NCBI GenBank assembly: GCA_002104945.1
Contig: MCFH01000085.1
Coordinates: forward strand, 62,001 to 126,000
Reading direction: 5' to 3'
Length of the DNA stretch: 64,000 nucleotides
Origin: Piromyces finnis finn
Lineage: Eukaryota > Fungi > Neocallimastigomycota
The stretch's first letter is position 1. Each line of letters begins with the position of its first letter. The notes under the pieces were generated by a model. It did no database searches. It was not told the origin of the DNA and saw only the letters and a list, made by a program, of their open reading frames with translations. The translations under genes and the position numbers were made by a program. This document shows, piece by piece, positions 27,560 to 42,100 of this stretch.

Positions 27560-29176
27560 AGACTTTTATATTAAATAAAAGTAAAAAGAGTTTTATTAAC
27601 AATGTCAATTCATCATAAAATTCCACCAAGAAGGGAATCAAGTACATACCAATGTAAAAATCGAGTCTACAAAACTAACTATACCATTCTTCAAATAATC
27701 CTTTTCAAAACTACGTGATAAACCATCGCCAATATAAAAAGAAATTTGCTATATTATATTTATTATTTTAATTTTATTTATTTGTTTTATTCTATATACA
27801 AAATTAAACTTTTTGAAAAAGTATAAAAAATAAAAATTTGGAAATGAAAATAAAATGTAATTGAAAAGAAAAAAATAAAAAAAATACTATTTACAACTAA
27901 AATATATATATAATGTATTATTGAAAAAAAATATATATACTTTTTTATATTTTACTACACAACTAATTTTAAATGGATAATTATTATATATAAAAAAATA
28001 AAAAGATAGATTTAAAGTATTCAAAAGAAATGTAAAGAATAAAACCATGCTATATTATGGTATGTTTTTTTTTTTTTTTTTTTTTTTTTGGTCTAAAAAA
28101 AAAAAAGGAAAAATATATAAAGAAAAAATGCCTTTCTTTTTTATGTTTTGTTTATGTTTTTTTGTATTTGTTTTTTTTTTTTTTTTTTACTTTTAAGAAT
28201 TTACTTTTTCTTCATTACCTATTTTGAATGTGTTTTTTTTAAGTTCTTGAAGAAAAATTAGTTTTTCATTATTATGTTATAAATTTCAGTTTTTAAAAGT
28301 CAAAATAGTACTAAAGCTTTCAAATTACTGATATTGTAACTTTATTTTTTGTACAACTGTTAGAGATTTGAAATAAGCCCTGTCTTTCTCTTTTCAATTC
28401 AGAATATGAATATCCAACCTTTTTAATTTCCTTTTTATTATAATAACATCTTACTGAGAAAATTAATAATTCACTTTCTTTATATAACCATTTAATGATA
28501 TAGAAAAGACATGAAAGATATTTTTTTCCAAGGAATTCTTATTAAAAAAATTTTTCTTAAAAGTTTAAAATTTGATGGATTAGAAAAAAAAAAAAAAGAT
28601 AAATAGCAAATTTTCTTTTATAAATTTCATTTTAGGACACCTCAAATATGAATATTTAAGTATTGGTTCAATAAAAAGTTTAACAATTGTTTTTTCATGC
28701 AAACATAGCTTGTACTCTATCATAGTCATATCTTATAAATCTTTTGTTGTTATTTTCAAGTGGTAGTAGTAGTAATTTGAATAAGAAGAGGAAGTAACAT
28801 CAAGTATATATATAATATAAATATTATAATAAAAGGATTTAATAAGTATGATAATAAATTTAATTACATTATATATTTCCTATATATTAACTCTAAAAAT
28901 TTATATTGAAAATTATATTAACAATATAAATTTTTATTATTAATTATTAAATTACTGGAACTATTCAAATATTAAAACGATTAAACTTTTTTATATACAA
29001 ATAATGATGATGATTTCTAAAATATAAATTTTTTATGGATTATTCATTTTTTAAAATTAATTTTATTAATTATAATCTTTGATTTTTTTTTTTTTTAAAA
29101 AAAAAAAGTCTATTTCTTATTGAATTTATATTTATAATTTAATGGTGGTATCTCTCTAATTTTTTTTTTTTTTTGA

Positions 29177-30563
29177 TTATATCATCATCGCATAATCTGT
29201 ATTCAATGTTGACGTACTATCGTTATTTACATTAATAATATTTCTATCTGCTAACCTATCATCATTAATATCTTCATTAATATCTTCCATATAGAATTCA
29301 TCTTCATCATCGTATAAATCTTTATTTACAGAAATATTACTTTATTGAAAAAAAAAAAGTCAGTTTTTATTTTTTTTTTTATATGTTTTAAATTTAATAG
29401 TTGGTAATTACCTGACAGATCTGTAGGTAAATAAAACAATTCTTTTAAGATAACGATTAACAAAGAAAAAGTGGTGTGACCAACTATGAAAAAATATGAA
29501 AGATTAATATGTATGTAAAAATATATAAATTATATAATGAATAATAATTAAATAGTATCATTTTTATATTTACAGAGTTGGTTCATCACTGTATGGATCA
29601 CAATTCCAATCTGGGTTAAAACTATAGATGTCACAATTGGCTAAATCGACTGTTTCATCAATAGCTGTCCATATTCTTTGTTGTAAGAAATTTGATGGTG
29701 AATTCATAGTTTTGAAAAGAGTATTTTGTACAGTATTTTGTATCATAGATACAGATGGTAATTTATTAAAGACTTCATGTCTCATTCCACTATATATATA
29801 GAATATAAAAATTTTATATGAATATTTATTTTATTAATCATTGCATGTAATTAGTTTTAATGTTTACCTAAAGTCATAATCTGGGAAAACAGCATTTAAT
29901 GTAGCAATAAGATAGAAAAAGGTTCTTCTTGAAGCAGTTTGATCTAATGGACCAAATGGTGATACAATACTTGAAGAAAAACTAAATTCAGGTGTTTTTA
30001 ATTCTTCTATTTCTTCTAATAACTTTGATTCAAGTTGTTTTCGTAATTGTTTATCATCACCAGTATCTTTGCCTTTTTTTTTTTTGTTTGTTTGTTTATA
30101 ATAATTATATATATATTTCTTATAAATAAATGCATTTTTTTTTCTTTTTACTTTTCAAAAAAAATACAAAAGTAATTACAAGATATAAAAATAATAATAA
30201 TAATACAATTCTTCTATGTAATGTAATATTTATTCCATATGGTCAATATTTGTTATGGACAATTTCTTTCTTTTTTTTAACTCCAACATATTATCTTAAT
30301 TTACTATTTTTATTATCAAAATTGGTCCATAACGTTGAAATTTTTATATATTTAATTTTTAATACAGCCAATATACAGTACTTTTTTCCACAATACTTTC
30401 AACAACCGTAAAGCAAAACAAAAAAAATAAAAGTACTATACTATTTAATATAATAATTACATGAATATGCTTCTAATCTTCCTACTATTTTTTCATCTGG
30501 AGTTTCTATTGAAGATAAAGCACAGTTAAGTGCATCAAAAACGTCACTTTCAAGATATTTCAT
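29177..30563 (-). CDS. MAF1: RNA polymerase III repressor Maf1, 5 exons
   Basis: N-terminus MKYLE...[82 protein letters not shown], and an acidic tail. GT-AG introns in phase. Confidence 0.95.
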
Positions 30564-33500
30564 TTTAGACTTTAGTTATTATAGAATGTACTTTAATATC
30601 TAGTCAATTAAAAATTAAATAATGTATTAATACATCAACGATTATTTTTAAATATAAAAGAAAGTAAACTATCTATTTTTTTAATTGGTACATTACTTTT
30701 TTAAGTATATTTAAGAATTTTATCAATAAAAATTAGGTATATATAGGTGTATTGGTATAAATTTCTTTGAATAAAAGGTTTTCTTTTATAAAAGGTTAAT
30801 TCTTCTTTTAATAAAGAGAGTATTTGTCTATTTGCGTGGGTATGGGTATGTGTGGTTAAGTTCTTTCACAAATACAAATTATAATAAATTCTTTTATTAG
30901 AAAAAACTATTCTTTATGTTTTTTTTTTTTTTTTATTATAAAAACAATAATTATGGAAAACTTTTTTAACTAGTTTTTTTTTATTTTCAAAACCTTAACA
31001 TTTAAAAAAAAAAATTAAAAAAAAAATTTTTTTAAAGGAGAAAATGATTCTTATTTATATAAATTTTATGGTTTTTTTTGTTTTTTTGTTTTTTTTATTT
31101 CGTCGAATTTTGAGTTAAAGTTTAATACTAAAAAAAATGACCGCCGTCTTTTTTACTAAGCTTTTTAGTAATTGATGCCAAAATGAGTGGTAGCCGAATT
31201 CCATTCAATTTAGAAAAAATGGACGGTTGAATTTAGATGATACTATTTAATTATAATATATTAATAATATATTATACAATATATTATAAAAATACAAAAT
31301 AGATTAAACTATTGAGTAACTAAACTTTAATTTCTCAAAAAATGTCAATGATTTCATTAATAGATAGGATTTAATATAAATTAAAATACCGTTGCTATAT
31401 ATTAATTAATTATAAAATAAAGAATAAAATAGAATAGACTTTCATCATTCGATACTAAATATAATATATTGACAATTTAATGTAATATATAAATCATAAT
31501 TTTAAAACATATTAAATCAAACCTATGACAAAGATAGACTTAATTATTAATTTATGTGTAAGATTAAACTTTTATATTAATTTATTAGACTATATTCTCA
31601 ATATATATAAATTTTTATTAAATAATATAAAAGTGTCAAACAAATGAGTATTATATAAATAATATATATTAAATAGTATATTTCAATATATACCTTTTGT
31701 AATTTTAAATTATAATTATCACAAACTATTGAATTCAATATATTCAAAATTTATTATTGTATATAATGTCTTTATATTATAATATAATTAATAATATAGG
31801 TTTATATATATTAAACTGTATTTTGTCTTTTTTAACCATTTAAAATATCAACAAAGTCATTAAAATTTTAAAAATAAATCATACAAAGTTGAAATTATAT
31901 GATACAAAAAAATAAAATTGATAATTCAATATGTAATTGACTATAATATATTATAGATATATGGTGACTATATATTAGACTATAGTCTTAAATTATGTTT
32001 TTAACACAATAAAACATAAAATTATCTCTTACTCTTTCAATATACTATAATATATTAATAATATATATTATTTATTTATTCTTCAATAGAAATACCAAAA
32101 AGCAGATAAACTTCATTTTTAATGAATATAATTATACTATATAATCAAATATATTAATAATATATTATACATTGTATTATTGTAAATAAAGTAAGTGACA
32201 GTAAAATCAAATGATAGGATATATAATATTCTTTTATATATTACAATAAAATGTAATATATAGTAATATTTATCAGCAAAATATTTTAAAGGAGATGAGC
32301 AAGTGAAGCCATAAAAGAAACTTTAGCCTAAAGAAAAAGACATTATTTATACTATAAAATATGGTAAAAAAAAAAAAAGAGGAAAAGACTAGGTAGGTAC
32401 AAGGAATTGTTGATATTGTCATTGTTGTTGTTGAAACTTTTCAATGTGTGATGTAAATGATAGTAGTATTGTGAAGTAATAAAAAAAATACAATGCACAT
32501 GCTATACAAAAAAAAAAAGATAAATTTTGTTTTTTAAAAATACATATATAATACATTTAATTAAAATTTTAAATAATTAAAAAAAATGTATTGCTAATAA
32601 ATGATAATGCACAAAAAAAAAAAAAAGGTAATGAAATGATATATAACATGAATAGAATAAAAGTGAGTGTATGGTATGATTGTAATATATTATTAAAGTT
32701 AGCTTTTTAGGATTAAAGAATAAACATCTAAATGAAAATACTGAAATGCTAAAATGATATAATGGTATGATATATCCTCCTTTTTTTTTTTTTTTTGCTA
32801 AATATAACTTTGTTTTGTAATGAAATTATAAAAGAATACATCATATTAGCTATACATTATAAAAGAATATATCATATTAGTTATATATTGTTAATTAATT
32901 CAAATATTATTCTTTAAAAGGCATTCTATCTATACTATTTATAGTGAATTAATTTCATTTTATTTATTGATAGAATATAGTATATCTGTATGGGTATATG
33001 TATAATATGTATAATAGATGGTGAACTCGGTCACCACCATCAATATACTATATTAAATATTCACTTTTATTATACCTATCATTATATGAATTTATAAAAC
33101 CATCCTTCACCTTTATAAAATAAAAAAATGGAATATATTATAACATTTAATAAAGTATCTTGTTCTTCTACATCTTCTACAATTCAATCCTTTTTTTAAC
33201 CTGCCTAAACGGAACCAAGATTTTGTATAGTAATTTTATAATATTTTAATTATTTTAATATATATTAATTTTAATTTTATTAAAAATGATTCAATAAAAT
33301 AATTTTAAAATTTTATTTTTTTAAATTTTTAAAAATAATTTTAATATTTTAAATTAAACTTTAAATTGTTTAAAATTAAATAATATAATATTAAGATTAT
33401 ATTGTAATATATAGAAAATAAATTCAAATAAATCATCCTATTTAAAAGAAATATTAAAATTTTTAATTAATGAAGGAGGAAGGATGAAAATAAAAAAAAA

Positions 33501-36500
33501 AAAAAGGCTGTAAAGAAAGAGGTTTATTTCAAAAAAAAAAAAAAAAAAGTAAATTATAAAATATTTAAAGTAAAAAAATGAATATAAAAAGAATGAATAA
33601 AAGTTTAATTTTGATATACAATACCTATAGGTTTGAATAAGAATAGGAAATTTATCTCATAACTATTATTTATCCATGGTCATTTTGATTTTATTTATTA
33701 TTTAAAAAAAAAAAAAGTATTTTATACACATAATAAAAATAAATATAATTTAATGAATTTAATGAATAGGATGGTGATAATAATAAAAACTTTTGAATAA
33801 ATAAAAAATGACTAATAATTATCAATATTCTAAATGTTTTTTTTTTTCTAATTTACTCGTGTCCAGTTAAAGGAGGATCATTCACCATGATTTAAACTTT
33901 AATTAATCAAAAAAAAAAAAAAAAAAAAGATTCTATTTTTAATAAATAAAAAGCTTATGCATTAATGAAAAAATTAAAATATAAAAATACAATAGTAACG
34001 TTACTTTTATCATATTAGAAAAAAAAAAAAAGTATTACAATGAGTTTTATATAATAATAATAAAAAAGAGATAACTTTTTTTATATATACGTATTTATTG
34101 AATATTTAGTGAAGATAATAATAAATACATTTAATGAATATCAATAATAAAAGAAAACTTATTAGTAATGGATAAATGAATATGATTTCGTTAAACTGAG
34201 ATTACTAAAATCATAGTGCAATATAAATAAGAATGTATTATTACAATAAAGAGTTGTTCTATTGTAATAATACATTCCTATTTATTACAATAAAAAAAAG
34301 CTTGCTAAATGATAAAAAAAAATGTATTTTTATATTTTAATGAAATGATTAAATAAATAGTAATTCATACTAATAATAATAATAACAAAGTAATGAAAAA
34401 ACAGCAAGTTTAAAAATACATTTTGTAAATACATTGTTGTTGTAAGTAAATTCATTTTACGTAAACATTATATAAATTAATGTTTCAAAAATTCTTTTTT
34501 CCTAAGAAATACCTTGTTTTTTTAATAACATTCTTCAATTCTCTTATTATTAGAAATAATTTTCTGTACAAATCTACCACCACAATCCTCCTCCTCCTCC
34601 TCCATTACCACACCCACACCAAACAATAATTTATAATTTGGGAAAATCTTATTAATAAATTGTTTTTAGGATAATTTTTAATAAATTAAAAGATTGCAAA
34701 TATATTCATGCTTAATAATCCTTATCAGTAACACATATTATCAAATATTATTATATATATTAAATGATATATAATTTAAAAAAGTTTAATTTTCCATCTG
34801 ATAATGTTCATGTGATAACATTCATGTGATTTAATCGGAAATGATCATTTTTTTTAATATAAAAAAATATGAAAAAATACAGAAAAAAAAAAAAGATTAA
34901 CTAAATAATAAAAAAAACAAAGAAGAGAAAATATAGAAAAAATATGGCATTTTCATCTTTTTTATATTTAACCTTATGATTATATACTCGTTACAGTTGT
35001 TACCTTTTTTATCCTTTAACTATGAAGTTTTATTTTAATTTTAAGAAATAATAATAAAAAAAAAAGAAATCCTTTTTATACCAATAAAATAAAATGTTTT
35101 AGGGACAAAGTAAAATTATGACTCACCTAACTATAGAAGTTTATTTTTTAAAATTCTTATAAATATATAAAAAAAAAGCTTAATAAACATCACATAATTA
35201 AGTGTATTATTGTTTTCAATCATTTTTTTAAAGTATTCATCTTTAATTTTTAAAGGAATTTACTGCCATTGTTCTTGTTGCTTTACTTTTCTTCTTTTTT
35301 ATGTTTAAAAAATGAAAGGTTAGAAAATAAAGATGAATTATTAATCTAACCCACAAATTTTATTTAATCTTTTTTAATAATTTTTTAGATAAATTAAATT
35401 TTTTTTTAAAAAAATAAATACAAAAAAATTAAAAAAAAAGCAATATTTTATTGAAAATGCTTTTTTAAAGGTAAGTAAAAATGAAAAAAAAAACCTTTTA
35501 TTGCTATTGAAATTCAGATTCAACATTTTTTAAATTCAAATATAAAAAGGTTTATCAGATATTCTTTATTTTTAATTTCTTTTTCTTTGTTATCTTTTTT
35601 GTGTCTTTTTCACCTTTTTGAAACATTTTAATTTAATAAAAAAAGTGTGTTAACAAAATATTTGTTCGCAATTATAAAAGTGATTATCAAAAATGAGTTA
35701 AATTTTGACCAATAAGAATCACTTAAAATATAAAAGATCTTTATGAAATTCTGTATAAATTAAAATCATACATTACATTACATAAACACTTGTGTAAATG
35801 TAGGACACATTTTTAATAAATTGTTGCTTAGCATAAATAGCATTAATAGGAAGAAGAAGAGGTGGTAATTGAAAAACTATTTTTCTTTTAAATAAAGGTA
35901 AAGATTAAAAGGTTAAAAATTAAGTTGTTTTTTATTAATATATGTATATATCTCTTTTTTAATGACTTTCTTTTATAGAAATTATACATAAAACCTTTGA
36001 ATAAATAAAAAATTATTAGTAATTATTAATGTTCTTCCAACAGCTTTTTCTTTTTATTTTTTTTTTTTAATTTGCTTGTGCCTAGTTAGAGAATCGTTCA
36101 CCATGATTTTAAGAAAACGATATTAAAATAATAATTAATACTTTTATAATAAAATCTGCATTAAAAATTATTTTGTTTTATCTTTAATTTTTAAAAAAAA
36201 TAAATATTAATATAAATAGTTTATATTATCATGAGGTATATAATAGTCCTTACAAAAGATATTTATATATTCATAAGCTATATATAAGTAAATAAATGTA
36301 TTTCAATAATTCCAAAGTATTTAATTTTCTTTTTTAAAATAATTAGTATTTTTTTTTGATTTTTAATATATATATAATATTTTTTTGTGAAGATATATAA
36401 TTGAGTAATTTACTTTTTTTTTTTTTTCTTTTATTTTTGTTATGGAAATATAAGAATTATGCTTTTGTTGAATTTTTATTTAGTAAATTACTCATTTATA

Positions 36501-36664
36501 TTATTATTATTATTATTATTTATTAATATATATTTCAAAAAGAGATAAATATTGGAAAGAATGATAATTATAAAATGTTTATACTGGAAGTCTTGATAAA
36601 AATATTTAGGGCATAAAAACATTGTATAAAGTATTTTCTGAAAAATAAATATATATTATATATA

Positions 36665-37000
36665 TACTATTACTATTACTATTACTATTACTATTACTAT
36701 TACTATTACTATTACTATTACTATTACTATTACTATTACTATTACTATTACTATTACTATTACTATTACTATTACTATTACTATTACTATTACTATTACT
36801 ATTACTATTACTATTACTATTACTATTACTATTACTATTACTATTACTATTACTATTACTATTACTATTACTATTACTATTACTATTACTATTACTATTA
36901 CTATTACTATTACTATTACTATTACTATTACTATTACTATTACTATTACTATTACTATTACTATTACTATTACTATTACTATTACTATTACTATTACTAT
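36665..37000. repeat. Perfect (TACTAT)56 hexamer array
   Basis: 336 bp uninterrupted, read directly. Confidence 0.97.
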
Positions 37001-37955
37001 TATAATAATATATAAAAATATGAAAACTAGTAGAGTCGAAAATGAAGTAAAGATTTATAATGTAAAACTTTTAAAGAGTTGAAAATGATATAATTTCTTA
37101 TATTAGAAAATGCTAATGCTAATGAAATGGATAAATAAAAGCAATAGCAATTTTATTTTGTTATCGTTGAATATAATTATTTTTTAGAAAAGATTTAGGA
37201 ATCAAAATTTTTTAATGAATTTTAAAAATACTGAATTATTATTATTATTTTTTTCAATCATTAGAATAAATAAAATAAATGAACCATAAATAAACCCCTA
37301 TATAAAAGAAAAAAAACATATTTATATTTAATGATATATCGATTCATCAATAAGTAATAATTTATTGTTGTTCTTCACTTAATTATTATTATACATTAAA
37401 AATAATACTATAAAAAAAATTGATATATATTTATTAATCCTTTTTTTTTTTATTTACTTATTTATTTAAAATAATAAAGATATTTCTATTTACAAACATT
37501 TTGTGTCATACTGTGATAAATCATAATAAATTATAGATATTATATTGAATACAATATAACTATTAAAAAACTTTTTAATTATATATCATATTAAAAGATA
37601 GAATGAAATTTATTATCAATAATTTAAAGTTTAGTTTGGTTTGACTTGGTTTACTATTAATAATAAAAAAAAGGTATTTTTTTTAATGTGATTTTTTGAT
37701 AAAATAATGAAAACTAAGATGAATTAATGTTCATTTTATTTTTTGGGTGATATGTAACAAGTTGACTTGTCATTTATATGAATGTCATTTTTTTTTAAAG
37801 ATTCTTATTATGTACAAATGGAATATTTCATTATGTTAATTTATCCATATTATTAAGCTGAAAAAAAGAAATGATAATAATACAGAGAAAAAATATTTGA
37901 TATATATATATATTAAATAAAAATAAACAGGTCAGGAATGAATATAAGCAAATAA

Positions 37956-38693
37956 TTATGTTTTATTAATATTTTTAAAAAATTTAAACCATTCTTTAAT
38001 TACATTTTTATTAGGTTGATTAAAATGAATCGTGGCCCATGTTGGAAATTCGCGTTCTATTTTCATAATTTTATCTTCTAACACCTTTATTCTTTCATAC
38101 ATTTTTGGTGGTAGTGGAGTCACTTTAAATAGTAATAAGATAATAACATAATAATAAAAATTAGAAATATTAATGTCATATTATGTTATAATGGATTGAT
38201 TTGGAAAAAATAGTTTACAGTATTAAAAAACTATTATTTATAATTTTATTTATTATTTATAATTCTTAATGCAATTTATAAAATTATTTATCGGTACTAC
38301 TACTATAACTATTTTTTTTTTTTTTTTTAATTATATAAAATAAACACATTACATTATATTTAATATATTTATATATATTTTACCTATATTTAGGTGCTCT
38401 TTTATGTTATTAATTCTTTCTGATAATCCATTATTGTCAATATTTTGACTATCTTTTGATTTTGATTTACCATTTTTATTATCATTATCATTGTCTGTCA
38501 CGGAACGATCGAGAGGTCCCACTTCATTTTTAATAATATTTAATTTTAGCTGTTGATTTCGATTAATTCTTGCTGGACATGTTCGCGAACACATTTCTTT
38601 TTTGTATTTATTTTGGTCGATAAATTCCTTTTTATTACTTTCATTATTTTCCGTTTTCTTTTTATGTATATATGTATTTATTTTTGTTTCCAT
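37956..38693 (-). CDS. MBIP: MAP3K12-binding inhibitory protein (MBIP)-like protein; additional 5' or 3' exons possible
   Basis: Exons 38693-38384 and 38122 onward (phase 1). Blocks KINTYIHKKKTENNESNKKEF, CSRT, IIKNEVGP, LSERINNIKEHLNI and PLPPKMYERIKVLEDKIMKIE are colinear with MBIP motifs as I recall them (RISAFIERKQAEINENNVREF, CART, VVNTYGP, VEERLQNIEAHL, PVPRDIYQRIKKLEDKILELE). An AG sits immediately before the ATG, so it may not be the true start. Confidence 0.75.
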
Positions 38694-39077
38694 CTACATG
38701 AACACATATATATAATAGAATAATTTTAAATTAGCATGGATGTCTAATGAATGAATAGAAAAAGAAAATAATAGCATTAAAGAAAAAAGAGGTTTATCTT
38801 TTTTTTTTTTTTTTATATAACTTAAAAGTACCTCATTTGATTTTTCTTTTAATTATTAAAATAAATTTATATATGTATATGTATAAATAAACAAAATCAT
38901 TAATTAATAATATAAATATTTGTATTTAAAATAATTTATATATAAAAAAGGAATGTTAAAATTTACTTTGCATTTTAGTTTCTTTTTGATCTTCTTTTAA
39001 CAATAATTTTCGCTTATAAAATTCTTTTGATTTACAATGCTTTTTGTTTTATTTTATTTTAGATATAAATTAAAAAA

Positions 39078-39113
<36 letters not shown>

Positions 39114-42100
39114 ATATAAAAAGAAATTTAATATCATAACAGAATTTTAAAAGGAAATCTTATTTATATATGCATTTTTAAAGAATCAAAGTTTTTATGT
39201 ATACCATAATATCCTGTACAAAAATTTTTGTTATTTCACGTTGTTCTTCGGGCTTTATTGAACTGTAAATGGTATCCATTTCATTTTGTAACATTGTTAA
39301 AGAGTTTTCACAACCAAGCTATCGATATTTTATTTTATAAATATATTGTTTATTTACATTTACATTTTATATTTTATATAAAAACATTATTGAAAAAAAC
39401 AGTTATTTTTACTATTATTAATTATTATTATTATTTTTAGGAAAAAAAGAATTTCTAAAGATTTCATTTTAATTTTTAAAAATTAGATTTCATGGAAATT
39501 TTATAAATTGTGAAGAAACATTTTCTTATTTTTAAGACTATATATATAATATTATTTTGTTTTGTTTTCCTCTTTTTTTTTTTCAAAAAATAAAATAAAA
39601 ATAAATCAAAATCATTTCAATTACCAAACTAAGATATGAATATAATGCCAAGTGAATGGAATTAGTAAAACTGTCTCTTTCATAGGCCATTTTGAAAATT
39701 CTTTTTTTTTTTTTTTTCCTATTATTTATTTTATTAACCTAATTAAAAAATAAAAATAAATTAAAACTGTCTTTTGTTATTTTCAATTTATTTTTATAAA
39801 TATATTTATTGATAGTCGTTGGATTATATCTAATATATAAATACTTTTTATTCTAATTTTTATTATTATTATTTATTTATTTTTCTTTTTATATATATAT
39901 ATATAAATTAATAATAATAATAATAATAATAAAAATTTTAATTAATAGATATTTAAAAAAAAAAATTAATGGAAAAATTCAAATATAGAATTAAAATGGA
40001 AATGATTATAGTAGAAAAAAAAAATATAAATATAACATTTCTCTAAATAAAAGAAAACCCTTAATAAATAATATTTCACACAAACATACACACAAATATA
40101 TGAATGCACATTTATTTCTTTAGAAATGCTTTTTCAATATAATTAATTTCAATAAAATTATTTTTTGAATTTTGGTGCTCAAAAAACTATTATTATTTGT
40201 TTTATTTTTACTGTGGATGATGTTCATATAATAACCAACCAAAAAGCAATAATACAAATAACCAACATCATCAATAGCAGTAGCAATAATAATCACTATT
40301 TAATAATAACTTTATTTTAATTTATTCAAGGATTGATATATTTTAATGAATTAAATAGTAATTAATTTTATATTTATGATTAAAGATATTAACTATAATA
40401 ATAATAATAATTATAGTAGAATAAAGATAAGATTTTAATTATATATTCGTATATATATAGTATTTATGTTTTAGAATAATACAATTACAAAAATACAACA
40501 CAATTGTTTGTATTTCTTTTATTATTTTATTAGGCGGAAAAACTCTTTTGATATTAAAAAAAAAAAAAGTTTTAAGATTTAATATATGTATTTTTAATTT
40601 ATTAAGGATATATTAATTTTTTTTAAAATTTCTTTTCTAAAACAAAATGTAATGTAATCCATTCTCTTACCTTAACATAAGCTTTTGAATAAAGAAAGAA
40701 TGCTATGAATGGGATCGTGCTTGAGATAATTGGAATAAAAATCAAAATTAAAAATTATATCATTCTTTATTAAAAACATACATAAATTTCTTTTCTTTTT
40801 TTTTTTTTTAAAAAAAAACAAAGAATGAATATAATACTAATAAGATATATTTTATCCAATTAAAATTATAAGATATGAATTCTTTTATTATCATTAGAGG
40901 TTGCCTTTTTTTTTTTATATATTTATAATAACCTTTTTAGTATTAGGAAAATAGATTAAAACATTAACTCTTATTAATCATTATATAGTTTATATTTTAC
41001 CATATATATTTTAATGGTACTAATTTGTATAAATTAAACCTATTTTTAATTATATATTAAAAACTTTATAATATATATTTTTTTTATTTAAACTTTTACT
41101 GGTCTATAACTAATAAAGAGTAATAAAACTACTCTTTATCAAAAATTTTCATTTTAAAATGTAATTTAATTTGATATATTTAACTTTTTTATATTATTTG
41201 AATCGTTGTATATATAATGTCATATATATTTTGAATAAAATAAATTATCTTTCTCTCTATACAAAGTAACTATTTATTACATTTTTTAAATATGTATTTG
41301 ATTTATTACAATTTTAAATGTACCTTTTAAAATTATACTTTAATTTATAAAATATAAATATTATAACATAATTAAAGTGATTAATTTAGGTAAGAGGAAT
41401 AGATTATAAAATGATATATTTATATAAAACAGATTATCCTATTATAGCATTAATATTAAGAAATAATTATTTGTTATTATATTTCTTCATAATATCAGAA
41501 TTAAAAAAATGATCATTTCAAAAGTAAACAAATAATTATATTAAAATGAAAACAATTTTTTTTTAAAAGAATATACATTTTATTGAATGTATATTTCAAA
41601 TTTCTCATTTATAAATTATAATATGAACTTTTAATATATTGTAATATATTTTAAATAAAAGAAAAATGGTGAAAATAGTTGATTTATTAATTTCATCAAA
41701 AACTTAATCAGTTTTATTAGTTGAATATATATGTGCATATTTTATTTTTAATATTAGCTCTATTAAATATAACATTTTTTTATTTAAAAAAAAAAAATAC
41801 AATAATATGATATATGAAATTTAGTATTTTAAGTAATTTGGTTTAATTATTAGTTAATTTTTAAAGGTATAAAAAGCTTTATGCTAATATTAAAAATAAA
41901 AATAGACACTTTAATATTATATACCTTTTTATTATTACATTAATATTATTATTACAATCACTATAATAAATGATTTCTTTATTTTATAAACTTTTTTTTT
42001 TTTTAAATTAATTAAATGATTAATGTTGAGTTTCTTTTAATTGATTTATATATTTTGTGAAATTACAATTATATTTTATATTATTGATAGTCCATTTACA

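Larger units (their letters stand above)
25833..27730 (-). mobile_element. Ty3/Gypsy pol relic (RNase H end to integrase N-terminus) interrupted by the LINE fragment
   Basis: Right flank translates IGDGLSRS (cf. ADALSR). Left flank gives CVQWQRN (cf. C..CQRN) and WESLMDIILSLP (cf. PWESISMDFI..LP). Shares CATTAAACTCTC and TTCCACCAAGAAGG with 54685-55030. Confidence 0.6.

Noticed and set aside
26256-27647. 463-aa ORF as a real or domesticated gene
   Set aside because: Its first ~34 codons are TSD plus Gypsy-relic flank fortuitously in frame with the truncated LINE; there is no evidence of expression.
28200-28800. Further Gypsy integrase relic (IPWKKIS, CPKM fragments on the minus strand)
   Set aside because: Only two short motif-like fragments; too weak to separate from chance.
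31139-31235. GC-richer island upstream of MAF1 as a snoRNA or tRNA
   Set aside because: No cloverleaf and no convincing C/D or H/ACA boxes.
34560-34660. Pro/Ser-rich stretch as a terminal exon
   Set aside because: No in-phase upstream exon or start codon could be connected.
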